64,000 bases of DNA, taken from sequence record PV730302.1; one strand, 5' to 3'. The stretch is from a phage. The position numbers were made by a program, and so were the translations under genes. Below, in pieces: positions 8,873-18,147 of this stretch; position 1 is the first letter of the stretch, and every line of letters starts with the position of its first letter. Under the pieces are notes generated by a model. It had not been told where the DNA came from, searched no databases, and was given only the letters and a program-made list of their open reading frames with translations.

Positions 8873-8896
8873 AACTTTTATCAAGTATCGGCTTTA

Positions 8897-9493
8897 TTAA
8901 TTACCACGGGCTGCATTAGCAACGGCGTAAGCGTACTGAATATTAGCGTCTTTAAACGTACCTTTAGAGGTATCTATTTCTGCCTTAAAGCCGCCTTTAG
9001 CCATAACATCGGCAAATTCTTTACGGAAAGTCATTGCATCAAGACCTTTCCATGTTGATTTGTGCTTGGCAAATTCAAGACCAGCGAAGTTGACAGCCTT
9101 AGCCAATTTATTATCAATAGTCCATTTACCTGCTTTAGGTACAAACACCGGGCCTTTCTGTTTAGAGAACAGTTTTAAATTCCAGCGACGAAGGTCACCG
9201 TCAGCTTTAACAAAAGCTGCGTCCAAGTTACTAGCAACAACATCTTGGATATGGGCAAATTTAAGTCCATCAGCTTCAATATTTAGGTCGTTACGCCAGC
9301 GAAGTCCTTCCCAGGCGAAAGCTTTAAAGTCGGAAGCTTTTGTAGCCAAGTACCGTTCAATAGGAGCTGTTTTAGCGTCAAAACCGTTTCCTGGGTTGTC
9401 AACGCCGTTTCCTTTGTAAGTCCACTCATCTTTATTAATGCCTTGGACCTTTCCTACAGAAGCTTCGGCGATAAATTCTTTATACGTTTTCAT
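8897..9493 (-). CDS. internal-protein-like (CTS MKTYKEFIAE), ipII/ipIII locus
   Basis: 198 aa; CTS at N-terminus; lies between denV and e as ipII/ipIII do in T4. Confidence 0.7.
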   Translation of the reverse strand: MKTYKEFIAEASVGKVQGINKDEWTYKGNGVDNPGNGFDAKTAPIERYLATKASDFKAFAWEGLRWRNDLNIEADGLKFAHIQDVVASNLDAAFVKADGDLRRWNLKLFSKQKGPVFVPKAGKWTIDNKLAKAVNFAGLEFAKHKSTWKGLDAMTFRKEFADVMAKGGFKAEIDTSKGTFKDANIQYAYAVANAARGN

Positions 9494-9540
9494 ACGGGTT
9501 CCTTAAAGGTAAATATTTTAATTGGTCTGTTCAAGTAACT

Positions 9541-9575
9541 GTAGATATACTATCACAATTCTAGGAGATGTAAAC
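9541..9575 (-). promoter_or_regulatory. early promoter, degenerate cassette variant
   Basis: GTTTAC at 9570-9575 (minus sense); core GTAGATATACTATCA. Confidence 0.45.
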
Positions 9576-9974
9576 TTATTTGTAGGTCTTCATCCAATTC
9601 TTGAACAAAGCCGCGACGTCTTTCTCTTTAACGTTCAGTTTAATGTCCAACATTTTACCACCGGCAGCACGTGTCTGACGAATCTTAGCAGTACCGGTTT
9701 CGCCATTCCACTCAACATAATACTGCCCAGTGTTCATTGCAATACCATCGCCGTAGTCTTCATTTTTAGAAGTTGTGAAGGCCAGCTTCATAGTCTTAGA
9801 TACACGAGCCTGCATGCCAGTCTGAAGGGCATTACGAACGCGAATAACTTGAGGAGTGGCCTGGGTCAGGTTCTCATTCAGTTCTTCAGTGAACTCTTCA
9901 GATTCAAACATCGCCAAAAGTTCTTTAGATGCAGGAATTACATTCTCTGCGATAAATTCATTATAAGTTTTCAT
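9576..9974 (-). CDS. internal-protein-like ([13 protein letters not shown]), ipII/ipIII locus
   Basis: 132 aa; CTS at N-terminus; immediately downstream of e. Confidence 0.7.
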   Translation of the reverse strand: MKTYNEFIAENVIPASKELLAMFESEEFTEELNENLTQATPQVIRVRNALQTGMQARVSKTMKLAFTTSKNEDYGDGIAMNTGQYYVEWNGETGTAKIRQTRAAGGKMLDIKLNVKEKDVAALFKNWMKTYK

Positions 9975-10455
9975 ATGCTTTCCAAGTACCTGTTTTAAAT
10001 GTTGAAATCACGCGCTTAGCACGATTAGGAGTTTGTTTATACCAACGGGATTGAGCCAGGTTAACTGCCGCATCGTTCCAACGTTTCTGTTGGAGCATAC
10101 GTAAAGAGTTAGTGAACCCTGCTACGCCTGCTTCACCCATTTGGAAGACCATGTTAATTAAAGCACAACGACGAACTTCGTCCAGTACATCATAAACAGG
10201 TTTCAATTTAGGATTACGCAGAATAGCTCTACGAGCATTTTCAACCGATCGGTTAAAGAGTTGTTCAGCTTCAGCCATAGTAATACGACCATTACAAACT
10301 CGACCCATAAGCTTATCAAGTTCAGCACGAGCAACATCTTTAGAAGGGTTCTTAGTAATCAATTGGCCAATACCAATAGTCCAATAACCTTCAGTGTCTT
10401 TATAAAGATTTAAATCAAGACCTTCGTCTTGACGTAACATATCAAAAATATCCAT
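9961..10455 (-). CDS. e: endolysin (T4 lysozyme family)
   Basis: 164 aa; [13 protein letters not shown]...[13 protein letters not shown] with E11, D20, T26 conserved; same length as T4 lysozyme. Confidence 0.95.
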   Translation of the reverse strand: MDIFDMLRQDEGLDLNLYKDTEGYWTIGIGQLITKNPSKDVARAELDKLMGRVCNGRITMAEAEQLFNRSVENARRAILRNPKLKPVYDVLDEVRRCALINMVFQMGEAGVAGFTNSLRMLQQKRWNDAAVNLAQSRWYKQTPNRAKRVISTFKTGTWKAYENL

Positions 10456-10478
10456 AATACCTCCTGAGTATAGGAGGT

Positions 10479-10486
10479 ATTTATAT
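10479..10486 (-). promoter_or_regulatory. late promoter TATAAATA for gene e, adjoining the SD-sequestering hairpin
   Basis: minus sense TATAAATA-CCTCCT-ATACTC-AGGAGG-TATT-ATG. Confidence 0.7.
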
Positions 10487-10932
10487 CAAAAGAGCGAATC
10501 TAAAACCTTAAACATCGACGGGCCCATGACATATTCCCATTGCGGACGTTTAATCAAAGCGAACGCATCGAATTCAGGAATAGTACGACCATCAGGGAAC
10601 GTATGGTAAGCCGTACATTTGCAATCCTTGAACTGCTCGTGTTCCACAGGCACTGTATATAAGAACAGATGTAGATTCTTATTGCTTGAATATTTGAACT
10701 CACCCAGGTCTTTCAGGAATGCAGGATCGTATGCTGTGAATCCAATCTCTTCTTCGGTTTCGCGCATTGCCGCTTGAATAGGCTCTTCGCCTGGTTCGAC
10801 ATGGCCTTTAGGAATGTCCCATTTATGACGCATGTTCTCTGGATTACGAGAGCCTGTTACACGACCCATGACCAGTTCTTTATCAACGGTCATGAACAAA
10901 ATACCTGCCGATAATTCCTTAGCTTTCTTACC
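10486..10932 (-). CDS. nudE: Nudix hydrolase
   Basis: Nudix box GHVEPGEEPIQAAMRETEEEIGF; start set at internal MGKKAKEL (149 aa, T4 NudE is about 151). Confidence 0.8.
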   Translation of the reverse strand, partial: GKKAKELSAGILFMTVDKELVMGRVTGSRNPENMRHKWDIPKGHVEPGEEPIQAAMRETEEEIGFTAYDPAFLKDLGEFKYSSNKNLHLFLYTVPVEHEQFKDCKCTAYHTFPDGRTIPEFDAFALIKRPQWEYVMGPSMFKVLDSLF

Positions 10933-11164
10933 CATCGTCTCGTTCCCATGATTGTTTAAAAATATCTTGCATAATAATTTGAAGTCTATTTTCTGATGAT
11001 GGACTTTCACTATCAGACACTTGAAGCATATAGTCACCAATAGGACAGAACATATCCATATCGCTTTCTAAGTCTTCTTTAATTTTCTCTTCTGATGTTC
11101 CGGTATCATAGGAATACAGATAAGAATCACATGACTCAGATTTAATATAAATTGCAATACTCAT
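10928..11164 (-). CDS. hypothetical small acidic protein
   Basis: ORF track 78 aa. Confidence 0.35.
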   Translation of the reverse strand: MSIAIYIKSESCDSYLYSYDTGTSEEKIKEDLESDMDMFCPIGDYMLQVSDSESPSSENRLQIIMQDIFKQSWERDDG

Positions 11165-11748
11165 TTACGGCATTCCTTAATAAAAGAGTTTAATGTATTT
11201 TTCTTAGTGATATCGTCATATACCTTTTTAACTTTAGAAATACGAAAAGGTACTTCGATAACAGAGGTCCATAAAAATGATGCGATAAGACCCAAGATAG
11301 CAGCAGACATCGCTGAAGCGAATACACAAATAGGCAGGTCATTATCTGTTGTCAGGAAAAACCATAGGAGTGGGAAAAATAATATACCCATCCAAACATA
11401 GAATCTAGAACTCACCAATTTGTCGTATTCATCACTCCATGCACGGAAGCCGTATTTTTTGCTATAACAAATCAATGGGTCTGGAGTCTGTTCTTTATGT
11501 GGTTCCGCTTGCCAGCCGTTTACGATATAGCCCATTTTATATTCCTCAATTAAAAGCTGTTTCATTTCGGCAGTACAACCTGACCAATCTATTGTACTGG
11601 CTGAAATTCCTTCATCACCGTCATCGATATTTCGCCAGGACTTTTTAATAATCATAGTCTCACCACTTGGGATAATAATTCCAGCATTTTCCGACCGACG
11701 GATGAAGTTTGTATCAATACCCATACAACCAGGTTCATAAAGGGCCAT
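11161..11748 (-). CDS. membrane protein with C-terminal ...NSFIKECRK motif
   Basis: 195 aa; two hydrophobic helices; C-terminus paralogous to ORFs at 15802-16155 and 16148-16684. Confidence 0.5.
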   Translation of the reverse strand: MALYEPGCMGIDTNFIRRSENAGIIIPSGETMIIKKSWRNIDDGDEGISASTIDWSGCTAEMKQLLIEEYKMGYIVNGWQAEPHKEQTPDPLICYSKKYGFRAWSDEYDKLVSSRFYVWMGILFFPLLWFFLTTDNDLPICVFASAMSAAILGLIASFLWTSVIEVPFRISKVKKVYDDITKKNTLNSFIKECRK

Positions 11749-12437
11749 TACCAGCCCTCCATAGGGAATTCCAGATATACTTGAGCATTAACGCGGATTT
11801 CATTTGTAATCTTTTTAACACGGTCTGTATTACGAGACACACGACCAAACCAGCGCCACCCATTACTTACTGCACGAGAACCTGTATGCCATGTCTGCCA
11901 ATCAAACTGGAGCAACGTGCGGTCAGGAGCATCCCACTTGGTTAATTCATTGGACTCAATTTTTTCCAGAACTTCTTTATGCCACTGGCGATAGATAAGT
12001 TCGCCTTCAGGAATCTGACTGAACTGTGCAGTTCCGGTTGCAAAATGAGTAGGACACACATCAGCATTAACAAGACCAAGAATATGTTCAGAATGGTATC
12101 GAGGATTATCATAATCAGGTTGCCCTGCGGTAATAAAGTGTTGACCCACCGGAATATCCGGGCGTGGTACATCATCATGGTGGAAGCCTGGAATTGCAGG
12201 GTACCAGCCAGGCATTAACATGTGTACACGGGAATCAAATACAATATCAGGGCCACATTGCCAATCTTCAGGCAGGTTTTCAATAAAGCTACGAGTAATA
12301 GGACCACCGTGTTTATGAGCAAAATAAGCATCGCAATTAAAGAACATAGGCTCATTTTTAATCATATCATTACTGATATCTTGAGCAAAACCACCGACTG
12401 CACGAGCTTGAGAATTAAAAGTTTTCGGGCCGTTCAT
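11748..12437 (-). CDS. hypothetical protein (His/Asp-rich, possible metal-dependent enzyme)
   Basis: 229 aa ORF; GFHHDDVPRPD and HSEH motifs. Confidence 0.5.
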   Translation of the reverse strand: MNGPKTFNSQARAVGGFAQDISNDMIKNEPMFFNCDAYFAHKHGGPITRSFIENLPEDWQCGPDIVFDSRVHMLMPGWYPAIPGFHHDDVPRPDIPVGQHFITAGQPDYDNPRYHSEHILGLVNADVCPTHFATGTAQFSQIPEGELIYRQWHKEVLEKIESNELTKWDAPDRTLLQFDWQTWHTGSRAVSNGWRWFGRVSRNTDRVKKITNEIRVNAQVYLEFPMEGW

Positions 12438-12451
12438 AATATTTTCCTCAC

Positions 12452-12666
12452 TTACTTTTTGTTGAAAAAGTACATTTTACCTTTAGGGGATAAGGATACA
12501 CGAAGTGCGTTACCAATACCAACTGAACATTTAACCAGGTCAGCAGATTTCAATTCACCAAATGCTTGACGAAGGTCACCGTCACGAGTGTTAACCATCA
12601 GGCATTTAGCACCAGCTGCACGAACTTCGTTTAACATGTTGATTGCTTGGTTAGAAAGTTTCATTT
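12452..12666 (-). CDS. hypothetical protein
   Basis: start moved to MKLSNQ (SD GGAG 6 nt upstream); early promoter cassette directly upstream. Confidence 0.5.
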
Positions 12667-12690
12667 TATTCTCCATTTCACTCTGTTGTT

Positions 12691-12730
12691 TTGATAGGTC
12701 TATAGTATCACACCTATAGACCTTGTACAC
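12691..12730 (-). promoter_or_regulatory. early promoter/stem-loop cassette (core TTGATAGGTCTATAGTATCA; -35 GTGTAC)
   Basis: inverted repeat GGTCTATAGG/CCTATAGACC; upstream of ORF 12452-12666. Confidence 0.6.
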
Positions 12731-12742
12731 TGTTTTGTGTAA

Positions 12743-13702
12743 TTATTTTTCGAAAGGACGAATTAAATGTTGGTTATCTTGGAAACGCTTGATGTAGTCG
12801 TTTTCACCTAAAGTCTTGTACATATTAACCACCGCTTGGTAGTTTTCCCAGGCGTACTCGCGGAACCAACCTGAAGTGATTGAGGTGCACACTTTCTCAA
12901 GAGCCATATAGAAACTTAATGATGGCGAAATATTAAAGTCATTAGGAACCTGTGAACGTTCTAGTGCCAGGACACAAGTTTCTTCATACACACCGGCCAA
13001 TTTAATAGCTTCAGGCAAAGCTTCAAACTTCTCACGAGAGGTCATGACTTCAGAACCATCCTTCATATAAAAGGTATATGCAGGGCGGCCTGCCAATGCT
13101 ACTGCTTCGTGGATGGAGTCATGGTCCAGCGTATAAATGGTATCATTAAAGAATGATGATTTGTTAACGTCTAATTTAGGGTGAGAATAGCTCAACGTTT
13201 CTTTTTGACGTTGCAGCATAATTTCCTGGAGTTCTTCGTTCAGGGTCACGCCTTTATTACGAAGGTATTTGATGTGGGACATAGTTTTCAAGAAGAACGG
13301 ATTATTCTTAAGGAAACGATGAGAGGTTTTGATAGCCAGACAGATATCAGGGGTTGCCCAATAGAAACCAGTAAGACGGTCCTTTTTAATATGATTTTCA
13401 GCATATTTCAGGAGACGATAGCTTGAAGTGAAATCTTCGTCTTGAAGCTCACCGGTAATTTCTCGTACGTTAGTCAGAGCACGAACGATATAAGCTTCAA
13501 AATAGGTTTCTTTACCATTATGCATACATTTGAAAGCCTGGACATCAGGATTGTCAACGTGTACATGGGCACCAAACATCCGAGCTTTAAAGTGATTCCA
13601 TGAGCCTTGGTCGGCAATGAAATCCCAATCAGAATTTTCGATATGCTTACTTTCAATCAGACCAGCGTGGTGCAGTGCACGAGAACCAATAACTAACATC
13701 AT
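12743..13702 (-). CDS. hypothetical 319-aa protein, possible nucleotidyltransferase fold
   Basis: N-terminus IGSRALHH...SDWDF loosely resembles a GS...DxD motif (spacing atypical). Confidence 0.5.
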   Translation of the reverse strand: MMLVIGSRALHHAGLIESKHIENSDWDFIADQGSWNHFKARMFGAHVHVDNPDVQAFKCMHNGKETYFEAYIVRALTNVREITGELQDEDFTSSYRLLKYAENHIKKDRLTGFYWATPDICLAIKTSHRFLKNNPFFLKTMSHIKYLRNKGVTLNEELQEIMLQRQKETLSYSHPKLDVNKSSFFNDTIYTLDHDSIHEAVALAGRPAYTFYMKDGSEVMTSREKFEALPEAIKLAGVYEETCVLALERSQVPNDFNISPSLSFYMALEKVCTSITSGWFREYAWENYQAVVNMYKTLGENDYIKRFQDNQHLIRPFEK

Positions 13703-13715
13703 AATATTTTCCTCA

Positions 13716-13883
13716 TTAGTAGAGACGAGTTACTTCATATTTACCTAGTTCAGATTTTTTTGCTTCAATACGCGTGGCGGCGAGATTAGCGGCCTCTAGT
13801 GAAGAAAATTGAACCACTTGTGAAGTATTCTGCCTTACGCCACCTTGTGGGTGAGTAACAAAAACAATAAGAACATTATACAT
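13716..13883 (-). CDS. hypothetical small protein
   Basis: internal start MYNVLIV with SD GAGGAAAA upstream. Confidence 0.35.
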   Translation of the reverse strand: MYNVLIVFVTHPQGGVRQNTSQVVQFSSLEAANLAATRIEAKKSELGKYEVTRLY

Positions 13884-13902
13884 AATATTTTCCTCAGATA
13901 AC

Positions 13903-14142
13903 TTAAATTTCGGCAACGTAAGTGTTATGCAATTCCCACATATCATCAGAATTGCTCTTAATGATAGGGATTATCTCATTAGAGATTTCTTCAGCATAAG
14001 GGTCATTGATACAGTGGGCATCTTCAAAACGAACACCGTAATCAGACTTCTTATAGGCAAAGCCATAAATCTTTTTAAACTTGGCACGGGTAATGCGTAC
14101 CGGTTCATTAGACTTATCAGACAACGGAGAGTAATACCACAT
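13903..14142 (-). CDS. hypothetical protein
   Basis: ORF track 79 aa. Confidence 0.4.
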   Translation of the reverse strand: MWYYSPLSDKSNEPVRITRAKFKKIYGFAYKKSDYGVRFEDAHCINDPYAEEISNEIIPIIKSNSDDMWELHNTYVAEI

Positions 14143-14185
14143 ATGTTCTCCTCATGTTTGTGTAGGGTAATAGTAACACGTATTT

Positions 14186-14536
14186 TTAGAGTTGTACATC
14201 ACTTCTGCAATATTCTAAAAATAATTTATCGTTGTCTACCGTATCCCAACGACGCCAAGATGGATTCCAGACCAAAGCGTTGTCACCACAATCATTGAGC
14301 TTAAAATGGTCGTAGTACATAGCTATACGTCTAGTTTCGTCACCAGAGAACCCCAGTATAGGCTCGCCGTGGGTGTGATACATATGATGGTGCATTGAGA
14401 GGTCGCATTTGTAAAACATCTCACGTTTACCACGAACGAACAAGAAGGCTTGCCCATTCATATAGAATTCTTTATCTGTTTTCAAAAGATATTTGAATAC
14501 TGAATCTTTATGCATAAGTCCTCCTACCACATCCAT
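14186..14536 (-). CDS. hypothetical protein (His-rich HHHMYHTH segment)
   Basis: ORF track 116 aa. Confidence 0.45.
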   Translation of the reverse strand: MDVVGGLMHKDSVFKYLLKTDKEFYMNGQAFLFVRGKREMFYKCDLSMHHHMYHTHGEPILGFSGDETRRIAMYYDHFKLNDCGDNALVWNPSWRRWDTVDNDKLFLEYCRSDVQL

Positions 14537-14545
14537 GTGGTTAAA

Positions 14546-14773
14546 TTATTTTCCTAACGAAACACGAGTAGGTTTTTTACCAAAATAGTCTTCGTAAGAA
14601 CCATCTAAACGGCCTGCTTTAGACCGACAATACGAATCATACTTTTTGTAATAAGTCATCTCGGTATTATAACGTGGGTGTCTATCAGCCATAATAATAC
14701 TTAACGGCCAACCTTTGGCATAATCGCGAAGACCATTTATTTTACGAATGTATCTTTTCTTTAATTTTAGCAT
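14546..14773 (-). CDS. hypothetical basic protein
   Basis: ORF track 75 aa. Confidence 0.4.
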   Translation of the reverse strand: MLKLKKRYIRKINGLRDYAKGWPLSIIMADRHPRYNTEMTYYKKYDSYCRSKAGRLDGSYEDYFGKKPTRVSLGK

Positions 14774-14991
14774 GAGCTCGGATACCAGATTTTACCATCG
14801 GCCTGAGCAACGAAGGTGCGACCAGCTTCTTCACCATAACAAGAGCTATTCAGCCAATCTTCGAGACGAACTTCACCGTCATAATCATCGAGCTCAACAC
14901 CGAAATCCTGGGCAGAAGCCATATCTTTTACTTTCTTATACAGTGCAGCCAGTTCAAGAGCAGCTTTTTCTAATTCATTAATATCAGACAT
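14767..14991 (-). CDS. C-terminal-Cys family small protein, member 4 (ends WYPSSC)
   Basis: start set at MSDINELEK; shares N-terminal helix, central aromatic/Gly motif and terminal W-x-SS-x-C with three upstream paralogs. Confidence 0.55.
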   Translation of the reverse strand: MSDINELEKAALELAALYKKVKDMASAQDFGVELDDYDGEVRLEDWLNSSCYGEEAGRTFVAQADGKIWYPSSC

Positions 14992-15001
14992 TTTTATTTC
15001 C

Positions 15002-15214
15002 TTAGCAAGACATAGAAGAAGTAAACCAGAAACCATCACCATCAGGAATGCCGTAATCATCACGGACCCATTCATAATCATCATATTCCGGGTTCTTTGG
15101 AGAAATGTATTGTCCACGACCAGAAACATGGAACTCTTCACCCGTTTCGTCAGCCACAGACTGGCCTTTACGTACTAATTCACGGATTTGGTTTTCAATT
15201 TCATCAATAGTCAT
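15002..15214 (-). CDS. C-terminal-Cys family small protein, member 3 (ends WFTSSMSC)
   Basis: ORF track 70 aa; paralog. Confidence 0.55.
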   Translation of the reverse strand: MTIDEIENQIRELVRKGQSVADETGEEFHVSGRGQYISPKNPEYDDYEWVRDDYGIPDGDGFWFTSSMSC

Positions 15215-15223
15215 TTTATTTCC

Positions 15224-15505
15224 TTAACATTCAGAAGAAGAGGACACCCAACCACCATTTTCTAGGCTGGTAGTGTAATCATGTTGGTTTACAATAGCGT
15301 ACTGAGCTTCACCGTATTCTTCCCAGTGGGCAAGGTCGGCTTTCAAGGCGCCAGGAGAATAATAGTCACCGCCCATACCGCGAGCAGGGTATATATTAAA
15401 ATGAGTCTCATATTTGTTTGCAATTTCCTCGGCACGACGAATAGCTTTATGGATATCATTTACTGCTTCAGCCAATTCTTTATTTTTATGGTAATCATTC
15501 ATCAT
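15224..15505 (-). CDS. C-terminal-Cys family small protein, member 2 (ends GWVSSSSEC)
   Basis: ORF track 93 aa; paralog. Confidence 0.55.
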   Translation of the reverse strand: MMNDYHKNKELAEAVNDIHKAIRRAEEIANKYETHFNIYPARGMGGDYYSPGALKADLAHWEEYGEAQYAIVNQHDYTTSLENGGWVSSSSEC

Positions 15506-15514
15506 AGCGTTTCC

Positions 15515-15805
15515 TTAGCACATTGCCGAAGAGGAGATCCAAGCACCAACTGTAACGACGCCATTTTCAACTTCACCACCGTTGTTTTCAATTTCATCTT
15601 TAAACCACTGGGAGCATTCATAACCGACAGGATAATATGTACGGCCTGAACCATAATCACCGGTACCGAATTGGATACCATACTTATCGGCAATAGCTTC
15701 ACATTCATGTTCGATGGTATTCACTTTATTCAGAAGAGCATAGATAGCCTTTTCTGCAGATTTCTCGTCATTGTGTTCCGGGATTTCAATTTCAATTTTA
15801 TTCAT
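15515..15805 (-). CDS. C-terminal-Cys family small protein, member 1 (ends AWISSSAMC)
   Basis: ORF track 96 aa; paralog. Confidence 0.55.
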   Translation of the reverse strand: MNKIEIEIPEHNDEKSAEKAIYALLNKVNTIEHECEAIADKYGIQFGTGDYGSGRTYYPVGYECSQWFKDEIENNGGEVENGVVTVGAWISSSAMC

Positions 15806-16155
15806 GATTTACATTCCTTAATAAAGGTTTCAAGGTCATTACGTTTAGTTTGTTTTACATACTCATTATAATTAGCCATAGCTAAAGCATATCTCTTTTT
15901 ACGTGGCTTGTTTATTTTATTAGTTTGGGCAATATCAAAGACCCATGGGATAAAAAATCCTATTAAAGCCGGAACCCAAATCCATGCAAGGCTCATATCT
16001 TCAAACGGATGGCGAGGCATACCATTAATAATCCCACCGACAAGAAATCCAATTATCCCTGCAGTCATACTAGTAGCAATGCCGAGGAATAAGGAAATAG
16101 CTATATCATAATCTGCTAATGCGTAACCAGGGTCGGTTTTACTAGGCTTATGCAT
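15802..16155 (-). CDS. membrane protein with C-terminal ...ETFIKECKS motif
   Basis: start set at MHKPSK (SD AAGAGG upstream); TM helices; C-terminus paralogous to 11161-11748. Confidence 0.5.
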   Translation of the reverse strand: MHKPSKTDPGYALADYDIAISLFLGIATSMTAGIIGFLVGGIINGMPRHPFEDMSLAWIWVPALIGFFIPWVFDIAQTNKINKPRKKRYALAMANYNEYVKQTKRNDLETFIKECKS

Positions 16156-16684
16156 TTTGAACCTCTTTAGCGTATTCGCGACATTCAGCAATAAAACGAT
16201 TAAGCTTACGTTGTTGTTTACGACTTTCTAATGTGTACTCATTAGCCAAAATAATAAGCTCATCTTTATCGTAATTTTTAATATCAGAGTAAGATGGGCG
16301 ACGGTCAACCATTCCAAATACATCACCATTTTCTAAAGCTACATAACATACTAAATGGTAATCATCGTCTGCCATATTAAGAAGCACACAATCAGCGCTC
16401 TCGTTTAAAGAATATACCGAATAACGTAGTCCAGCGAATTCCACTCGTTGAATAGCCAGATTTACGTCAATAATTTCCAAAGCATCTTCAAAAGAAAGGT
16501 CTTCAGCTAAAGCAAAAATAAAAGGTAATTTGGTAGTATCGCCACGGCTAGATGTTCTGCTTAAGAAATCGTTTGAATAGCCTAGGTCTTGGCGAATTCT
16601 ATAAAGAACTGAATTAGTTTCATGTGAAAGACCACTATGCTTAAACCAATCAATATTTGATATCAGGTCGTCATATAAACTCAT
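16148..16684 (-). CDS. hypothetical protein with C-terminal ...LNRFIAECREY motif
   Basis: ORF track 178 aa. Confidence 0.5.
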   Translation of the reverse strand: MSLYDDLISNIDWFKHSGLSHETNSVLYRIRQDLGYSNDFLSRTSSRGDTTKLPFIFALAEDLSFEDALEIIDVNLAIQRVEFAGLRYSVYSLNESADCVLLNMADDDYHLVCYVALENGDVFGMVDRRPSYSDIKNYDKDELIILANEYTLESRKQQRKLNRFIAECREYAKEVQNA

Positions 16685-16707
16685 AATATTCTCCTCTCCT
16701 CCAAATA

Positions 16708-16725
16708 GGGAGACCGAAGTCTCCC
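16708..16725 (-). terminator. UUCG-tetraloop hairpin GGGAGAC-UUCG-GUCUCCC
   Basis: perfect 7-bp stem just downstream of ORF 16733-17326; identical hairpin follows gene 23 on the plus strand. Confidence 0.5.
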
Positions 16726-16732
16726 AGTAACA

Positions 16733-17326
16733 TTACTTAAGTGAATTAATGTAGTCTTCGATATCAGCAGAAGTCGTATCCATTCCAACTTGTGGGCCTT
16801 TAAACGTTTCTACACGAAGCAGGGTGTCTTCAATATCAATCTTAGTCAATGCAGCGATTTCAACAACATCATCGGCAGTAGCAATACCCAGGGCAGCCAT
16901 ATTACGAGTTTCACGAATGTACTCAAGCTTAACCGCTAGTTCCTGGCGAGAGTCATCAAGTTCCTTGACCTTAAGCTTAATTTCATTACGCATTTCAACA
17001 TAATCATCGGCTTTCTTACGAAGTTGAGTAGCCGTACGACGATAAAGGAGGCCGAGTTTAGCATGTACCTGGACATCGGCACCTTCTTTAATCAGTTTAC
17101 GAATTTCGCGTTCTTTGGAACTAGCCAGTTGGTCCTTTTCGTTAGCGAGTTCACGAATACGTTTTTCTTCATTCACAGACTTAACATGGGCAGTCTGGAG
17201 CTCAGTGATTTTATCAATCAGAGTAGAAGCAGCTTTGGTGTATTGGTCTTCGATTGACAGGTTCTGAGCCATTGCAGTACCCAATTTGGAACGGATGAAT
17301 TCAACGATTTTCTTTAAAGTGTTCAT
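16733..17326 (-). CDS. coiled-coil protein (possibly PspA/IM30-like)
   Basis: 197 aa; heptad-rich charged sequence throughout. Confidence 0.5.
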   Translation of the reverse strand: MNTLKKIVEFIRSKLGTAMAQNLSIEDQYTKAASTLIDKITELQTAHVKSVNEEKRIRELANEKDQLASSKEREIRKLIKEGADVQVHAKLGLLYRRTATQLRKKADDYVEMRNEIKLKVKELDDSRQELAVKLEYIRETRNMAALGIATADDVVEIAALTKIDIEDTLLRVETFKGPQVGMDTTSADIEDYINSLK

Positions 17327-17350
17327 AGTATTTCCTTCAGTTGGTTAAGA

Positions 17351-17399
17351 TTTATAATCCATGAGGACATTATACCCTGTCCTCTGAGGGTTGTAAACA
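17351..17399 (-). promoter_or_regulatory. early promoter (GTTTAC -35, TATAAT -10) with flanking inverted repeat GAGGAC/GTCCTC
   Basis: read on minus strand; upstream of ORF 16733-17326. Confidence 0.6.
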
Positions 17400-17402
17400 T
17401 TT

Positions 17403-17801
17403 TTATTTCATTTTTGCGAGGCAAATTTCATTGGCTTCCCATTGAGCTTGCTTAATAATAGCTTTGGATACAGGAGCCCTTTGGCCATAAGTTTTTGACG
17501 TTGAGAGAACAATACATTTGTTTGCTTCATTATGCCAGCCCCATGATTTTTCGCCATGGGTACCTTTAATTACAGCAGACACCTCAACAGAGCAACCACC
17601 ATCAGAAATCTTGGTTTCGACAATCCATTCATTTCTCTCAGCAGCTTCAAGTTCTAATCTAGTTTTTTCTTCATACATCGCGGCCCAATCAGTTTTTGCC
17701 AAGTTGAAAGCAAGGGCTTTCTCTAATTCTTTGGCATATTTTTGTTGTTCAGGTGTTAATGAATTATACAACTCTTGCATTTCTTTATCTTCGATATTCA
17801 T
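17403..17801 (-). CDS. hypothetical protein
   Basis: ORF track 132 aa. Confidence 0.5.
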   Translation of the reverse strand: MNIEDKEMQELYNSLTPEQQKYAKELEKALAFNLAKTDWAAMYEEKTRLELEAAERNEWIVETKISDGGCSVEVSAVIKGTHGEKSWGWHNEANKCIVLSTSKTYGQRAPVSKAIIKQAQWEANEICLAKMK

Positions 17802-17820
17802 TATGTTCTCCTCAAATTAT

Positions 17821-17856
17821 GGGCTCATAATATCTTAATCATGAGCCCGTGTAAAC
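17821..17856 (-). promoter_or_regulatory. early promoter variant with inverted repeat GGGCTCAT/ATGAGCCC
   Basis: GTTTAC at 17851-17856 (minus sense); SD GAGGAG then ATG of ORF 17403-17801. Confidence 0.5.
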
Positions 17857-17859
17857 ATT

Positions 17860-18123
17860 TTATTTCATATTATTGAAATAATCTTCCGCATCAAAATCGT
17901 TATCATGGTAAACTTTGGTAGACGATTTGGCGTAGCCTTCAGCTGAGAACATATTAATCACAACTTTAATTGTATACCACTGTCCATCTTCATTACCCAT
18001 TACTGCATAGGTTTCATACACTGGGTGTTCAGGACCGATAACTTTAATATCGTTAACTGTAGCACCAAATTCTTCCGGAACACATTTCATAAAGAAATTA
18101 AACACTTCACCATAATTATCCAT
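17860..18123 (-). CDS. hypothetical protein
   Basis: start set at MDNYGEV (SD AAGGAG); promoter cassette upstream. Confidence 0.5.
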   Translation of the reverse strand: MDNYGEVFNFFMKCVPEEFGATVNDIKVIGPEHPVYETYAVMGNEDGQWYTIKVVINMFSAEGYAKSSTKVYHDNDFDAEDYFNNMK

Positions 18124-18147
18124 TTTACTCTCCTTCACACTGTTGTT

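Noticed and set aside
9060-9998. Plus-strand ORFs of 119 and 158 aa
   Set aside because: Antisense to internal-protein and lysozyme genes in a region otherwise wholly transcribed on the minus strand.
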